A stretch of 64,000 bases of DNA, from positions 1 to 64,000 of the forward strand of contig UYFQ01000586.1 in NCBI GenBank assembly GCA_900617105.1, written 5' to 3'. The number at the start of each line of letters is the position of its first letter. The stretch's first letter is position 1. A model generated the notes under the pieces. It was not told where the DNA came from, searched no databases, and saw only the letters and a program-made list of their open reading frames with translations. This stretch comes from Hydrurus foetidus. Its lineage: Eukaryota. Shown in pieces: positions 62,028 to 64,000 of this stretch. The position numbers and the translations under genes are program-made.

Positions 62028-63903
62028 ATGATGGTCGATAATATCACTCTTCTTGCGGTGTTGACGCTCATGCTCGTCCCAGAATTGAACTGCTTCATGT
62101 ACGGGTCGTCGCCGACACGGCATGTCGAAGTGAGATCTTCCTCTTTAAGTAAAAGGTCAAAATTGGATCACAGCTTCCGAAAAACTTCTCTGAGTAGCAG
62201 CTCAGAATTCAAAAGTAATGGGGATGATAACAGATTGATTCCGAACCTGAATCCCTCTGGTGGTAGAATTAAAGAAATTAGTAAGAGTGTGAACGTCGGC
62301 TCTATCCAGCAGGGTGGTTACTACTGCTCATTTGAGATGTATGCATGCCAGAAACAAACTCAGAGACTAGTTGGAAGCCATTTGGCTAACTGGGCTAGAG
62401 CTGAGATATACTGCTTGAAAGATTGCGGAACGTTCTCTATGATTCTGCATTCTCTGTGCGGCAAAAGAGTATTCCATGTCATAGGGTGGAAGATCGAGGG
62501 AAATATCCTTGCTAGAAACTTTGCTGATATGAGGAAGCGTGGAGAAGGTTATGACACAGACATTGCATCAACTTTACTGTCACCTGGGCTCCTGCATTAC
62601 GTCACTCTATGCAATGTCCTCTCATATTTGTCCCGACTAAGTGTTCTTAGATGAGTCTCAACTTTAGCTAACTCAATTATTGTTCGTGTTATCACAATTC
62701 AGCCAAGATCACAGAGATATCATTGCGATTTCCAATACTGTTGTAATCCGTCCGCGCAATTTTGTTTATATTACACCAGAAACTGTATGAATTTATATCA
62801 AGACTGCGTCTACAGAGGGAGGGATTACACACTAACACACATTCATTCTATAATCTGGCTTTGCTTCTCTTCTTAACTATTTCCACATCTTACACTTCTG
62901 CTGTCGTATCTGTATTCAAAATAACAAATTTAAATGCAGTTCAGCACGTTTATTATTTAATATTCTCCTCTTTCGCCTGCTCTCTCCCCATGCCTACTCT
63001 CCTCCTCCTTCGCCTCGCCTCACGTCTCCTCTCCTCCTTTACCTCCTCGCACTTCCATCATGTCCACTTCCACATCCCCTCCTCAAAACTAAAATCCGCC
63101 CTCCTCCATTCTCAGGCCCTGATGGCGGTCCAGCAGCGTTGAAGGAATCCTCGCACATGTACCACCCCTCCCTCTCCATGCCTCAAAGTGAGTCCCAGGA
63201 CTTTTCTTCCTTCACTCATTTGATCAGTCTTTTTTCATATCTCCTCTTTTTCTACTACAAATCCCTCTTTCTAGCACACTTCGATTCTCTCATTTCTCAA
63301 CAAACTTACTAACTCACTCTCTTTTCACTTTCAGCAGGCGGTGCGTTAGGAGGACTTACTCGGTTTGACACGGAAGAGACGCACCAGTACCCCCTCTTCT
63401 CAATCGATCTCTTCAACTGCCAACAGTCAGAAAGACACGGAGAGCTAGTGAAGTCTCTTGAAAAAGCGGTTTTATCGACATTTCCGTCAAATTCAAAGTC
63501 AATTAAAAAAGATTCAACGGAAATACACAAAAATATCGATGGAAGGGAGAATAGAGAATCTAGTCAAGAAGAGAGAGGAGAAGAGTTGTCCATACGGCAA
63601 GAAACACGTACCGAAGGGCGGACAGAGGACATTCCTGAGTTACAGGCTATGCATCTTCTTCAATCCACCGATAAACTGTGCTGCATTCTGTTGGGTGCAT
63701 GGACGGACGTACATGCGTACTCACAGCTGTCGGAGATACCCAAGTATGCGGCTAATATAGCGGATGCAAAGAAGCTGTCCATTCAGGGCTCTTACAGCGA
63801 TATTGTGGAGAAAACGGCTCCTAACAGAATGTACTACGTGTACGACGTGTTGCTGCCCAACAGTCTGGACAACCCTCTGCTGGACTACTCCAAGATGTTC
63901 TAG
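62028..63903 (+). CDS. Hypothetical protein with N-terminal signal peptide (possibly bipartite plastid targeting)
   Basis: Exons 62028-62280, 63116-63187 and 63338-63903 join in frame through GT-AG introns. Hydrophobic N-terminus ITLLAVLTLMLVPELNC-F followed by a Ser/Arg-rich stretch. Confidence 0.6.
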
Positions 63904-64000
63904 TCATCGGAATGCCATCATTGTTATGCGGTGTATGATGTAACGCCATACAGCCATAGAGTTGATTTAAGATGTCCTGAGATCGTCTAGCTGAATTCAG

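Overview
Eukaryotic genomic DNA with GT-AG introns packed with microsatellites. Gene content (bacterial-type AcnB aconitase, voltage-sensor/adenylyl-cyclase fusion) suggests a stramenopile protist, which is inference only. Layout: (1) 1-11243 is a >11 kb satellite of 55-bp units, with 75-bp variants, built from pentamers. (2) ~11255-26948 (-) is an ~20-exon Ion_trans/class III adenylyl cyclase gene whose reading frame runs into the satellite. (3) ~27.3-41.1 kb is a dense nested transposon island: several MITEs with TA, 8-bp or TTAA target duplications, a gag-like relic, a truncated Ty1/copia element with a CCCH-finger Gag and a large unassigned domain, a 4.1-kb DD35D pogo-type transposon with a convergent extra ORF, and a fold-back element. 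(4) 41.2-64 kb holds host genes: a UBA-PX protein, mitochondrial-type AcnB, an S53 sedolisin/TPP1, an LRR protein and a signal-peptide protein. No rRNA, tRNA or CRISPR array was recognised. Exon coordinates were read by eye and may be off by a few bases.
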